Made by a program: the position numbers and the translations under genes
Assembly: GCA_964416065.1 (NCBI GenBank)
Contig: CAYQCL010000001.1
Span: 18,615 to 82,614 of the forward strand
Direction: 5' to 3'
DNA from: an uncultured Oscillospiraceae bacterium
GTDB lineage: Bacteria; Bacillota; Clostridia; Christensenellales; Aristaeellaceae
DNA length: 64,000 nt
Notes under the pieces: model-generated
Databases searched by the model: none
Told to the model about the DNA's origin: nothing
Seen by the model: the letters and a program-made list of their open reading frames with translations, nothing else
Part shown: positions 17,359 through 27,073 of the stretch, one piece after another
Numbering within the stretch: position 1 is the first letter of the stretch
Layout: each line of letters begins with the position of its first letter

Positions 17359-18570
17359 TTAGGCCCTGACGGCCTTTTTGGAAGCGTCTGCTTTGATTTC
17401 GCCCGCCTTGCTCAGAGCGATCTTGGTGACGACGGGGCCGACCAGCTCATAGATCAGCGTCCCCGCAAGAATGACGGCCTGAATCTGCTGCCCATAGGCG
17501 GGTAGGCGCGTGAGCGCCAGCGTCGCCATACCAATTGCGACGCCCGCCTGCGGTATGAGCGTGAAGCCGAGATATTTTTGCACGTTGGAATGGGCGTGAA
17601 CCACACGCGAGCCCAGATATGCGCCAAGCCACTTGCCCAGCGCGCGCACGATCACGTAGCAGATACCGATCAGGCCCACCGTGGGAAGGACGGAAAGGTT
17701 AAGCTGCGCGCCGGAGACCACAAAGAAAAGAAGAAACAAAGGCGGTGTAAAGCGGTCCGTCTGCTCGATGATAACATTGGCCACGGGACAGAAATTGGTC
17801 ATGATCGCACCGATCATCATGATGCAGAGAAGGTTGCTCAAGTTCCACATATCGCACAGCGCGAGCGCCAGAAAGACGAATGCGATGGTAAGCGCCAGCT
17901 TGTTTCCACGCGACTTGAAAAAGGGCGCCAGGAAGCTGAGCGCGAAGCCAAGCGCCACACCCAGCACGATCGAACCGACAATTTCCAAAAGCGGGGTTAC
18001 CAGCATGCTCATCACGGTCATCTCCGCTCTGCTCGCCAGCGCCTGCGCGATGTTCATCGAAATGGCGAAGGCGATCAGGCCCAGCGCGTCATCCATAGCG
18101 ACGACGGGCAGGAGCATTTCGCTGACCGGCCCCTTGGCCTTGTACTGCCTGATAACCATCAGCGTGGCGGCGGGCGCCGTGGCAGCGGCAATTGCGCCCA
18201 GCACGATGCACATTGGAAGATCAAAACCGGGCACACCCAAGAGCGAGAGCGTGATCAAGACAAGATCGACCATGAAAACCGCGCCCAGGCCCTCAAAGAT
18301 CGTTATGGTGAGAGGCTTTGCGCCGATACGCTTCAGATAGCTCATTTTGAATTCCGCGCCGATGGAATACGCGATGAATCCAAGCGCCGCTTCCGTCACG
18401 ACCGTGAAGCTGTCTGTGATCTCGCGGGGAAGAATGCCAAAAACGGAAGGGCCGATGAGCAGACCACCGATCAGAAAGGCGGTCACATTGGGAAGACGGA
18501 CGAGCTTAACTAGGCGGCTGACAAGAAGACCAGCCGCAATGGCGATCGCAAGCGCCAGAAGGGTGTTCAT
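17359..18570 (-). CDS. cation:proton antiporter (CPA/Na_H_exchanger family), membrane domain only
   Basis: 403 aa with about 12 TM helices. The N-terminus LVSRLVKLVRLPNVTAFLIGGLLIGPSVFGILP is typical of Kef/NapA-type antiporters. No RCK/KTN domain is encoded in the protein. Confidence 0.85.
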   Translation of the reverse strand: MNTLLALAIAIAAGLLVSRLVKLVRLPNVTAFLIGGLLIGPSVFGILPREITDSFTVVTEAALGFIAYSIGAEFKMSYLKRIGAKPLTITIFEGLGAVFMVDLVLITLSLLGVPGFDLPMCIVLGAIAAATAPAATLMVIRQYKAKGPVSEMLLPVVAMDDALGLIAFAISMNIAQALASRAEMTVMSMLVTPLLEIVGSIVLGVALGFALSFLAPFFKSRGNKLALTIAFVFLALALCDMWNLSNLLCIMMIGAIMTNFCPVANVIIEQTDRFTPPLFLLFFVVSGAQLNLSVLPTVGLIGICYVIVRALGKWLGAYLGSRVVHAHSNVQKYLGFTLIPQAGVAIGMATLALTRLPAYGQQIQAVILAGTLIYELVGPVVTKIALSKAGEIKADASKKAVRA

Positions 18571-18905
18571 TTCCTGATCCCCTCCACAAACAGCGCCGAC
18601 ATCGCGAACAGGACGCCCGTATCGGGCTGATCCAGCCCGCCTGTCACCTGATTGATGACACGCCGCGCCACCTCAACCTCGCCGTCATCCAGCACCATTA
18701 GAATGGTCTTGCTGCTCTTGCGCTCGGGGTCGAACAACTGGCGAAACGTGGAGAACATCGGCAGATCATCGCCACTTTGCTCGATGACTCGCATCATACC
18801 GGTGCTGTCCAGCACCGTGGCGCCATGGATGTCGTTCTCCAAAAGCTCCTCCAGCAGATCGTTCAGACATTCCGTCTTGTTCAAAACGAGGGTCACAACC
18901 TGCAT
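18567..18905 (-). CDS. PII-like (beta-alpha-beta x2) small signalling protein
   Basis: 112 aa from ATG 18905, with RBS AAGGTGA 4 nt upstream. The pattern is MQVVTLVL (b1), ECLNDLLEELLEND (a1), GATVLDSTG (b2), a long loop, KTILMVLDD (b3), EVEVARRVINQV (a2), GVLFAMSAL (b4). The stop overlaps the antiporter ATG (ATGA). Confidence 0.55.
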   Translation of the reverse strand: MQVVTLVLNKTECLNDLLEELLENDIHGATVLDSTGMMRVIEQSGDDLPMFSTFRQLFDPERKSSKTILMVLDDGEVEVARRVINQVTGGLDQPDTGVLFAMSALFVEGIRK

Positions 18906-19079
18906 GAAATCACCTTCATGATTCAAAATAATAGCTTATGAGCCAATGGGTAGAATAGTCCAGTTTGCCGAAAAAAGCAAGAGGAGAATTCCAAAAGGAG
19001 ATGAATTTCTGAAGGAAATATGATATCATTTTACCAGTAAAGAAAAAACGTTTTTTGGAGGGGGAGGGAAAGTGGGCCC

Positions 19080-19712
19080 TTGTTGATCAGGAACGAGCGG
19101 GAGGACGATTATCGAAGGGTCGAGGAGATTCACAGGAGCGCCTTTTGGAACCTGAACGTCCCCGGCTGCGGCGAGCATTACCTTGCCCATGTCCTAAGAA
19201 CGCACGCGGATTTTATCCCCCAACTGGACTATGTCTGCGAACTGGACGGGCAGGTGATCGCGAACGTTATGTATACAAGATCGAGGCTTGTTGACGAGAA
19301 GGGGAGAGACGAGGAATTTCTCACCTTTGGACCGGTTGCCGTGCTGCCCGCGTTTCAGCGCAGAGGCATTGGAAAGGCGCTGCTGGAAAGAACCTTTGAT
19401 GAGGCGGCGAGAATGGGGTATTGGGCGATTGTCATTTTTGGAGATCCACAAAATTATGTTGCGAGGGGCTTTCAGAGCTGCAAAAAGCGGAACATCTGTC
19501 TGGAGGGAGGCGTCTTTCCGACCACACTGCTCGTCAAGGAGCTCAAGGTGGGCTTCTTCGACGGACGAAGGTATGTCTTTCACGAATCTCCGGCCTTTGA
19601 AATCGACACGGGCAACATCGAGACGTTCGATCAGGGCTTTCGGACGATGGAGAAGACGTTTCAGCCAAGCCAGGAGCTTTTCTATATTCTCAGCCATTCG
19701 ACCCTTCGATAA
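19080..19712 (+). CDS. GNAT-family N-acetyltransferase
   Basis: Reads LIRNEREDDYRRVEEIHRSAF...GPVAVLPAFQRRGIGKALLERTFDEAARMGY (motif A Q/RxxGxG/A). TTG start after GGAGGGGGAGGGAAAG. Confidence 0.8.
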   Translation: MLIRNEREDDYRRVEEIHRSAFWNLNVPGCGEHYLAHVLRTHADFIPQLDYVCELDGQVIANVMYTRSRLVDEKGRDEEFLTFGPVAVLPAFQRRGIGKALLERTFDEAARMGYWAIVIFGDPQNYVARGFQSCKKRNICLEGGVFPTTLLVKELKVGFFDGRRYVFHESPAFEIDTGNIETFDQGFRTMEKTFQPSQELFYILSHSTLR

Positions 19713-19756
19713 CAAAAATCCTCCCAGTGATGCTCTGACGCTGGGAGAATTTTTGT

Positions 19757-21337
19757 TCATTCCGTCGAAAATTGCTCAAGCAGAGCACCGATTTGCTTGG
19801 AAAGCTCGTTTTGTCGTTCGCTGCTTTGCCCCTGCATCGCCTTGATGAGAGCGGCGAGGCGCTCGGCGTTCGTCAAAAGCTGCGCATAGGCGGAAGGCTT
19901 CTTGAGACGCTCATGGTTCCCCTCGGCCGTTTTGCGCAGGGGAGCCAGCTCCCAGCTTTCTCCGTTGTAGGGAGCGTTGGCGTCCAGGCCAAGCTCGCTG
20001 TGCAGCCGCAGGGCAAAGCCGGAGGCGACCTCGTCCTCGCCATGCACGACAAAGACATGGCTGGGCTTTGGATCAAAGGCGGAAATCCAGCGAATCAGTC
20101 CGTCGTTGTCTGCATGCCCGCTGATGCCCGACAGCGTTTCAATATGCGCTCGTACGCTGATGGTTTCTCCGAAAAGCTGAACCGTCTTTGCACCGTCGGC
20201 GATGGTGCGGCCCAAGGTTCCCACGCTTTGATAGCCCACAAACAGCACGGTACATTCAGGCCGCCAAAGATTGTGCTTGAGATGGTGCCGGATCCGTCCG
20301 GCATTGCACATGCCGCTGGAGGAGATAATGACCTTGGGAGTCTTATCGTCGTTGATGAGCTTGCTTTCCTCAGCCGTGACGGCGATTTTGAGCCCGTCGA
20401 ACAAAAGCGGGTTGACGCCTTGCTTCAGAAGCGCCATGGTCTCCTCGTCGGCACATTCATATGTGTTTTCGTTAAAGACGTTTGTCGCCTCAATAGCAAG
20501 CGGACTGTCCACATAGACGGGAAAGCCGTCATGTCCATGAACCCGCCCTTCCTGCTTAATCTGACGGATAAAATAAAGCATCTCCTGGGTACGGCCGACA
20601 GCAAAGCTGGGAATAACAACATTTCCGCCGCGCTCCAGCGTTTCCTGTAGGATGCGCGATAGCTCACCGATATAGTCCGGCTTTGGGCCGTGTGAGCGGT
20701 CGCCATAGGTGGATTCCATCACCACATAGTCGGCCGACGTCATATACTGCGGATCGCGCAGAAGAGGCTGATTCAGGTTGCCCACGTCGCCAGAGAAAAC
20801 AAGCGTTTTGCTTTCACCGTTCTCGCGAATCGTCACTTCAATGGATGCAGAGCCAAGCAGGTGCCCCACATCCACCATGCGGATGGCAATGCCGTCGCAG
20901 AGCGACACGACCTCGTTATAATGGCAGGGATGAAACAGCTCATGGATCCTGATCGCATCCTCCTGCGTATAGAGCGGCTCAATGGGCGAATTGCCCTTTC
21001 GCTTTGCCTTGCGGGTTTTCCATTCCGCGTCGCTTTCCTGAATGTGCGCAGAGTCCAGCAGCATAATGCGGCAAAGGTCGGCGGTGGCATCGGTGGCAAA
21101 GACCGCGCCGCGAAAGCCGCGCTTATACAAAAGGGGAAGGTAGCCGCTGTGATCGATATGCGCATGGGTCAAAAGTACACAATCGATAGCGCTTTCAGCA
21201 ATGGGCAGCGGCGTGTTCTCATAAAGATCCACACCCTGCTCCATGCCATAATCCACCAGAATGCGTTTGCCGCAGGCCTCCAGAAGGAAGCGGCTTCCGG
21301 TAACCTCGCGGGCCGCGCCAAGAAAAGTAAGCTTCAT
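19757..21337 (-). CDS. MBL-fold beta-CASP family hydrolase (RNase J/CPSF-like)
   Basis: Reads MKLTFLGAAREVTGS, LLTHAHIDHSGYLP (HxHxDH), later ISGHAD and VVHGE, the beta-CASP motifs. Confidence 0.85.
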   Translation of the reverse strand: MKLTFLGAAREVTGSRFLLEACGKRILVDYGMEQGVDLYENTPLPIAESAIDCVLLTHAHIDHSGYLPLLYKRGFRGAVFATDATADLCRIMLLDSAHIQESDAEWKTRKAKRKGNSPIEPLYTQEDAIRIHELFHPCHYNEVVSLCDGIAIRMVDVGHLLGSASIEVTIRENGESKTLVFSGDVGNLNQPLLRDPQYMTSADYVVMESTYGDRSHGPKPDYIGELSRILQETLERGGNVVIPSFAVGRTQEMLYFIRQIKQEGRVHGHDGFPVYVDSPLAIEATNVFNENTYECADEETMALLKQGVNPLLFDGLKIAVTAEESKLINDDKTPKVIISSSGMCNAGRIRHHLKHNLWRPECTVLFVGYQSVGTLGRTIADGAKTVQLFGETISVRAHIETLSGISGHADNDGLIRWISAFDPKPSHVFVVHGEDEVASGFALRLHSELGLDANAPYNGESWELAPLRKTAEGNHERLKKPSAYAQLLTNAERLAALIKAMQGQSSERQNELSKQIGALLEQFSTE

Positions 21338-21377
21338 AGGAAAACCTCCGTTTCATCAGACCGGAAGGATCGTCGGC

Positions 21378-21806
21378 TCAGAGCCGCTCCAAAAGCGCGG
21401 GAAGCTGACGTTCAAGATCGCTTGCGGCCTGTTCATAGGCCTTGTCATCGAGTCCAAAGGGATCATGAATGGGCGGATCGTCGAAAGCGAACATGGGAAC
21501 GCGGACATTCGGAAAGGAAGCGCGCAGGGCATGCAGATGGCTTTCGCTCATGCCCACGACACAGGCAGCCTCCGAAAGAAGCGCCTCCGTGACAGGACGG
21601 GAGCAGTGACGATCCAGAGACAGCCCGCGCCGCCGCATGGCATGCCGTGCGCCCGTGGAGGCGGGAGCGCCCTCCTGGGCATACACCCCCGCCGAGGAGG
21701 CGCACAGATTCGTAAGGCCGCGCTCGCTCGCAAGCGCGTTGAACAGGCATTCCGCCATGGGGCTGCGGCAGGTATTGCCGGTACAGACAAACAAAACACG
21801 TTTCAT
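21378..21806 (-). CDS. low-molecular-weight protein phosphatase (YwlE-like)
   Basis: Reads MKRVLFVCTGNTCRSPMAE (CX5R-S P-loop). The position after the Sua5-type gene matches the Bacillus ywlC-ywlE order. Confidence 0.85.
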   Translation of the reverse strand: MKRVLFVCTGNTCRSPMAECLFNALASERGLTNLCASSAGVYAQEGAPASTGARHAMRRRGLSLDRHCSRPVTEALLSEAACVVGMSESHLHALRASFPNVRVPMFAFDDPPIHDPFGLDDKAYEQAASDLERQLPALLERL

Positions 21807-22855
21807 TCGCTCTTCTCCCCGTCGGCGTTGAGAATGTGGAACGCGGCGGCGCGGCTTAAACGGTTCATGATCGCCAGGCCGATTCCTTCGGCGGGAAGCA
21901 CCTCGCAGGTGAGCGCTTCCACGCCCTCGGCGTCCATTTGGCGAAGCACCGCAAAAAGCCTGTGCCCAATCGTCTCCGGCTCACTCAGCCGACCGATGGA
22001 AAGGGCCCTCGCGCCCGCGTAGGCCGACAGATGCTCCTCGAAGGCCAGAATTCGCGCGGATTTTCCCGCCTTGACCGCGTCGTAATAGAGGCGCAGGGAA
22101 AGAGCCTCCACATTGGGCTGGCTTCCGGTGATCAAGGTCAGCTGTCCGCCCGGCGCGTAATGGCGGTAGCGCATCCCTGGGGACAGCGCGCGCTCCCCCT
22201 CGCGCAGCGGCCGCAGGACGCTGTCCGCGACGCGCACCTCGGGCAAAACGCTTAACAGCATTTCCGGCGTGACGCCGCCCGGACGAAGAATGGTCGGAAG
22301 ATCGCTCGTCATATCCACAACGGTGCTCTCCAGCCCGACCTGACACTCGCCCCCGTCCAGCACAATGGGAAGCTTGCCGTTCAAATCATGGTAGACATGC
22401 ATGGCGGTCGTGGGGCTTGGCTTGCCGGACGTATTGGCGCTGGGGGCCGCGACAGGCACGCCGCAGACGCGAAGCAGCCGTTGGGCCACGGGGTGCGAGG
22501 GGAGCCTGACCGCCACGCTGGGAAGTCCCGCGTTCACGACCTCGGGAATACAGGGCTTTTTGGGCATGAGCAACGTAAGCGGGCCAGGGCAGAAGCGCTC
22601 CATCAGCGCGCGGGACGCGGAAGAGATGAAGCATAGCGGCTCTGCGTCCTCGGGCGTGGGCACATGCACGATCAGCGGATTATCCGCCGGCCGTCCCTTC
22701 GCGGCGAAGATCGAGCGCACGGCGGTTTCATCAAGCGCGTTCGCACCCAGGCCGTAGACCGTTTCTGTCGGAATCCCTACAAGTCCGCCCGAGCGCAGAA
22801 CATCAGCCGCCTGTCCGATCGCCTCGTCCGTCGGTCTCAAGATCCGTGTCTCCAT
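21803..22855 (-). CDS. tsaC: L-threonylcarbamoyladenylate synthase (Sua5/YwlC type, with C-terminal Sua5 domain)
   Basis: Reads LRSGGLVGIPTETVYGLGANALD and RPADNPLIVHV. I place the start at METRIL (22855); an ATG at 22879 is possible. Confidence 0.85.
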   Translation of the reverse strand: METRILRPTDEAIGQAADVLRSGGLVGIPTETVYGLGANALDETAVRSIFAAKGRPADNPLIVHVPTPEDAEPLCFISSASRALMERFCPGPLTLLMPKKPCIPEVVNAGLPSVAVRLPSHPVAQRLLRVCGVPVAAPSANTSGKPSPTTAMHVYHDLNGKLPIVLDGGECQVGLESTVVDMTSDLPTILRPGGVTPEMLLSVLPEVRVADSVLRPLREGERALSPGMRYRHYAPGGQLTLITGSQPNVEALSLRLYYDAVKAGKSARILAFEEHLSAYAGARALSIGRLSEPETIGHRLFAVLRQMDAEGVEALTCEVLPAEGIGLAIMNRLSRAAAFHILNADGEKSE

Positions 22856-22883
22856 TTTATCGTCCCCGCCTTTGCTCATCGTT

Positions 22884-23948
22884 TCATTCCTGATTGAGTT
22901 CCTTGAGCTTTTCCGCCTGCTCGGCCAAAAGTAGCGCGTCGATGACCTCATCCAGGTCGCCGTCAAGAATATCGTTGATCTTGTATAGCGTCAGACCGAT
23001 TCGGTGATCGGTCACGCGGCCTTGGGGAAAATTGTAGGTGCGGATGCGCTCGCTGCGGTCACCCGTGCCGATCTGGCCGCGCCGGTTGGCGGCGTAGGCG
23101 CTGTCCTTTTCCTCGCGCAGCTTGTCATAAAGGCGGCTCTTGAGAACGCGCATGGCCTTGTCACGGTTCTTGATCTGGCTTTTTTCGTCCTGACAGGTTA
23201 CCACCAGGCCCGTCGGCAGGTGGGTGATACGCACGGCGCTGTCTGTGGTGTTGACGCATTGGCCGCCATGACCGGTGGAGCGGTAGACGTCGATGCGTAA
23301 GTCCTTGGGTTCGATGGTAACGTCTATATCCTCAACCTCGGGAAGAACCGCGACGGTGCAGGTGCTGGTGTGAATCCGGCCGCCGCTTTCCGTGCTGGGA
23401 ACGCGCTGCACGCGATGCACGCCGCTTTCGTATTTCAGGCGGCTGAAGGCGCCGACGCCGACAATGGTAAACACCGCTTCCTTGACGCCCCCAAGCTCCG
23501 TCATGCTGCTGCTGACAGGCTCTATGCGAAAATGATGGCGCTCGGCGTAGCGTGTATACATGCGCAAAAGCAGCGCGCCGAAAAGCGCCGCCTCGTCACC
23601 GCCGGCGCCCTGCCGGATTTCGATCACCACGTTTCGGTCGGCGTCAGGATCCTTGGGCAGAAGGAGAAGGCGCAGCTCGTGTTCCTGACGTTCCTTCACC
23701 TCGTTCAGCTCGTCAAGCTCCATCTGCGCAAGCTCCGCCATCTCCGGCTGGGAAAGCAGCTCTCTTGCACCCTCGATGTCCGACAGCGTCTTTTGATAAG
23801 CTTTGTAGGCCGTCACAGCGGGCTCAAGCGAGGCATGCTCCTTGAGCAGCCTTTGCCATTTGGCCTGATCGGCGATGATCTCGGGCTGGCTGACCGCTTC
23901 TCCCAGCTCCTGATAGCGCCCAATCATCCATTCAAATTTTTCAAACAT
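22884..23948 (-). CDS. prfA: peptide chain release factor 1
   Basis: Contains the GGQ motif ([24 protein letters not shown]) and the RF1-type PxT tripeptide (VPSTES). Confidence 0.95.
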   Translation of the reverse strand: MFEKFEWMIGRYQELGEAVSQPEIIADQAKWQRLLKEHASLEPAVTAYKAYQKTLSDIEGARELLSQPEMAELAQMELDELNEVKERQEHELRLLLLPKDPDADRNVVIEIRQGAGGDEAALFGALLLRMYTRYAERHHFRIEPVSSSMTELGGVKEAVFTIVGVGAFSRLKYESGVHRVQRVPSTESGGRIHTSTCTVAVLPEVEDIDVTIEPKDLRIDVYRSTGHGGQCVNTTDSAVRITHLPTGLVVTCQDEKSQIKNRDKAMRVLKSRLYDKLREEKDSAYAANRRGQIGTGDRSERIRTYNFPQGRVTDHRIGLTLYKINDILDGDLDEVIDALLLAEQAEKLKELNQE

Positions 23949-23995
23949 GGAAATTCACTCCTTGCTTTTCGGATTTTGGCTCAGTCCAAAAAGCG

Positions 23996-24841
23996 CTATG
24001 TGAAATTCTCCGCGCATCCGCTGACGATGCGCGGCTTTCCATACAGGTCGGCGTGAACGCGGACGCGCGAAAGCCCGCCGCGCGCAAACAGCTCCGCGAC
24101 CGCCTCCGATTGCCCGTCCCCGATCTCCACGGCCAGCATGCCGCACGGGGTCAGACGGGCGGGGGCCTCCCGCGCGATGCGCCGGTAGAAGTCCAGGCCG
24201 TCCGCGCCGCCGTCCAGCGCCAGCCTCGGCTCGCGCATCACCTCGGCCTGAAGCGCGAGGCAACCCCCAGAGGGGATGTAGGGCGGATTGGAAAGAATCA
24301 GGTCAAAGCGTTCGCCGGCGACGGGGGAAAGGAGATCGCCCGCCAAAAAGCGCGGCGTGACGCCGTTGAGCATGGCATTTTCCCTGGCGAGCGCGAGCGC
24401 CTCCGCGCTGATGTCGACGGCGGTGACGGACGCATCGGGACATTCGTGTGCTATGACGATGGCGAGCGCGCCGCTTCCCGTACACAGATCGAGCACGGAC
24501 GGGCTTTTCAGCGCCTCTATATGCGCAAGGCCCAGCTCACAGAGTGTCTCTGTTTCCTGGCGGGGGATGAGCACGCGCGCGTCCACCTTGAAATCGAGCC
24601 CGTAAAAATTCTGCGTTCCCAGAAGGTACTGCAGCGGCTCCCGACCGACGCGCGAAAGCAGGAGCGACGAAAATCGCTGCTCCTGTTCATGCGTCAATTC
24701 CGTTTTACCGCTTACGCGAAGCTGGAGGCGCGGCATGTCCGTCACAAACGACAATAAAAGCTCAGCGTCAACGCGGGGATCAGGCACGCCAGCGGCCTCC
24801 AACGCCCATGTGGCATGAAGAATGACTTCCCTGATGGTCAT
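23996..24841 (-). CDS. prmC: release-factor glutamine N5-methyltransferase
   Basis: Contains the SAM motif LDLCTGSGALA and the catalytic NPPY (LILSNPPYIP). Confidence 0.9.
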   Translation of the reverse strand: MTIREVILHATWALEAAGVPDPRVDAELLLSFVTDMPRLQLRVSGKTELTHEQEQRFSSLLLSRVGREPLQYLLGTQNFYGLDFKVDARVLIPRQETETLCELGLAHIEALKSPSVLDLCTGSGALAIVIAHECPDASVTAVDISAEALALARENAMLNGVTPRFLAGDLLSPVAGERFDLILSNPPYIPSGGCLALQAEVMREPRLALDGGADGLDFYRRIAREAPARLTPCGMLAVEIGDGQSEAVAELFARGGLSRVRVHADLYGKPRIVSGCAENFT

Positions 24842-24853
24842 GCGGTCTCACTT

Positions 24854-25933
24854 TCACTCCGCCTGTGGAGCGGCACCTTCCTCCATGAGGGTGTCTCCGT
24901 CAGTCCCCTCCACGGGAGGAACATAGCTGGGATCGGCCACGCGGTAATCACGGATGACGGTATAGCCCTCGGGGGTGGTCTCACAGCCCTTGGGCAGTCC
25001 ATGAAGCGCCACGTTCATCGATACAATGGCAACCTCCAGCATTTCATTTGTCGGAGGCTTGGTGGTCAGACGCTGCATCTGCATGCCGGGCCAGCGCAGG
25101 ATTCGCGCAATTTTGCTTTCGCTATGGGCCAGTCCCTTCAAAACCTCATAGCTGATACCAGCCACCACGGGCAGAAGCGCCAGACGGCTCAAGAGCCGCC
25201 AGAAGAAATTGCTGCCCTGATAGCCGACCAGGGTAAACAGGATGATGGAGATTACAAAAACAATCAGAAGGAAGCTCGTGCCGCAGCGCGGGTGCAGCGT
25301 GCTGAACTGCTGGGCGTTTTCCGGCGTAAGGGGCAGATCATGCTCGTTGCAGTAGACGGTCTTGTGCTCGGCGCCGTGATATTCAAAGGTACGGCGCACA
25401 TCCGGCACCTTGGAGCAGAAGAGAATGTAGGCGATTAAAATCAGAATTCTCAAAATACCGCTCAGAAGATTGATCAGCCAGTTCATGGACGACTGCGGCA
25501 TCCATGCCTTGAGCAGACGGGCAAAGAGCTCTGGAATGACAAAAAACAGGCCGACCGACAGGATGACCGCCAGCACGACGGCGGTTGCCATGACGATCTT
25601 GTCAATGCCCTTGCCGAGCTTCTTGGACAGCCATTTTTCAAACTTCGTCGGCTCCTCATCCAGAATCCCCAGCATTTCGGTGCTTTCCTGCAAAATGCTC
25701 ATGCCGGTGGTAAGCATCGTAACAAAATTGACGACGCCGCGCACGAACGGCCAGCCCATCCATGGGTGCTTCTTGGAGAGGGGAACAAACGGCTTACGCT
25801 TGGTAACGATGGTGCCGTCGGGACGCCTGACTGAAACGGCGACGGCGTCCGGCGCTTTCATCATCACGCCCTCCAAAACGGCCTGTCCGCCGATATCAAC
25901 GCGCTTACACGCGGATTGATTTGCCTTGCTCAT
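24854..25933 (-). CDS. DUF1385 (YqhQ-like) membrane protein
   Basis: Starts at MSKANQ (25933) and reads IGGQAVLEGVMMK..YHGAEHK..HPRCGTSF. The rpmE-DUF1385-prmC-prfA neighbourhood is conserved. Confidence 0.8.
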   Translation of the reverse strand: MSKANQSACKRVDIGGQAVLEGVMMKAPDAVAVSVRRPDGTIVTKRKPFVPLSKKHPWMGWPFVRGVVNFVTMLTTGMSILQESTEMLGILDEEPTKFEKWLSKKLGKGIDKIVMATAVVLAVILSVGLFFVIPELFARLLKAWMPQSSMNWLINLLSGILRILILIAYILFCSKVPDVRRTFEYHGAEHKTVYCNEHDLPLTPENAQQFSTLHPRCGTSFLLIVFVISIILFTLVGYQGSNFFWRLLSRLALLPVVAGISYEVLKGLAHSESKIARILRWPGMQMQRLTTKPPTNEMLEVAIVSMNVALHGLPKGCETTPEGYTVIRDYRVADPSYVPPVEGTDGDTLMEEGAAPQAE

Positions 25934-26171
25934 ATTCGATCGTTTCCTTTCCGCACGTTTCCAAAGAAACAAAACATGCAAATTCATTCATTCGACGCCG
26001 GACGCGCTGTTTCCTGCCGAAAGAGGACGGATGGAACGGATTTCAGACCGGTACGGATGGAATCAGGAGCAAACGGGGGTCAATTCTCTTCCGACGGATA
26101 AAATTCCGTAAAAAGCCGCTTGGACACCCGCCCAATAGCGGATGCCCAAGCAAATGCTTTTTATATATGGC

Positions 26172-26372
26172 TTATTCCATGTTGAAACGCTTCTTGAAAC
26201 GGTCGACGCGTCCGCCGGTGTCAACCAGCTTCTGCTTGCCGGTAAAGAAAGGGTGGCACTTAGAGCAGATTTCAACCTTCAGCTCAGGCTTAACCGACCC
26301 CGTCTCAAACGTCTCACCGCACACGCAACGGACGATGGACTTGCCATATTTGGGATGGATCTTTTCTTTCAC
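26172..26372 (-). CDS. rpmE: 50S ribosomal protein L31 (Zn-ribbon type)
   Basis: Reads [26 protein letters not shown]...[30 protein letters not shown]. Confidence 0.95.
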   Translation of the reverse strand: MKEKIHPKYGKSIVRCVCGETFETGSVKPELKVEICSKCHPFFTGKQKLVDTGGRVDRFKKRFNME

Positions 26373-26424
26373 GCATTCTCACCTCTTTTGCGCATGCTGT
26401 GGGTTGTCTTAAACCGCAGAGTTG

Positions 26425-26453
26425 ATTATAGCATAGTCCTCATGCTTTTGCAA
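26425..26453 (-). promoter_or_regulatory. promoter TTGCAA-17-TATAAT for rpmE
   Basis: On the minus strand, -35 is at 26448-26453 and -10 is the rc of 26425-26430, with an exact 17-nt spacer, about 50 nt before the rpmE ATG. Confidence 0.6.
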
Positions 26454-26464
26454 GGATTTTTTGC

Positions 26465-26493
26465 GGGCAATTCAATTTCGGGCAATTCAATTC
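26465..26493. repeat. tandem direct repeat gggcaattcaatttc / gggcaattcaattc
   Basis: Two adjacent copies (26465-26479 and 26480-26493) differ by one T. They lie in the 308-nt divergent intergenic region between rpmE and the 113-aa membrane protein gene. Confidence 0.8.
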
Positions 26494-26680
26494 AAAAACG
26501 AGGACGTTTGATCGTTTCTGACCCTGACTGGAATCGAAGAGGCGATGACTCTCATCAAATTCTCATGAGTTTTTCAGCCGCTCTTCAGCAGTTTTTGAAT
26601 GGCAGTCCCTTTTCGGAAAGCCCAATTCATGGTAAGATAGACCCGTCGCAAAGAAGAGGCAAAGTGAAGGAGAAAATCAG

Positions 26681-27022
26681 ATGAATCATCATGAGGGCCT
26701 GGGGCCGGAGGGCAGCTATTACGAGGCGAAGGTACGCCAAGAGGAAGAGGCGAGGAGGCAAAAGGGCGACGCCATGTTCCCACTGGCAATTACCGCGCTG
26801 TATCTGATACTGGGGTTTGGATTTCACCTGTGGCATCCTGGCTGGCTGCTCTTTCTGACCATCCCGCTGCGTTACATGCACTTCAATTCCCGCATTGAGA
26901 AATATACCAATCCTGTGATGGTCACGCTCATTTATCTGGCTATGGGCTGCTTCTTTGGACTGTGGCATCCCGGCTGGCTGATTTTTCTGGCGATTCCCTT
27001 CGGGGCGATTGCCTCACGATAA
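26681..27022 (+). CDS. small membrane protein with an internal duplication (hypothetical)
   Basis: 113 aa. The two halves share GFGFHLWHPGWLLFLTIP and GCFFGLWHPGWLIFLAIP. RBS GAAGGAGAAAA before the ATG. Confidence 0.6.
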   Translation: MNHHEGLGPEGSYYEAKVRQEEEARRQKGDAMFPLAITALYLILGFGFHLWHPGWLLFLTIPLRYMHFNSRIEKYTNPVMVTLIYLAMGCFFGLWHPGWLIFLAIPFGAIASR

Positions 27023-27027
27023 TTCCA

Positions 27028-27072
27028 CAAAGGGAGCGTGGAACGGCAAAGAACCGTTCCACGCTCCCTTTG
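27028..27072. terminator. bidirectional intrinsic terminator (19-bp perfect stem)
   Basis: CAAAGGGAGCGTGGAACGG (27028-27046) pairs with CCGTTCCACGCTCCCTTTG (27054-27072). It lies between two convergent genes. Confidence 0.75.
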
Positions 27073-27073
27073 T

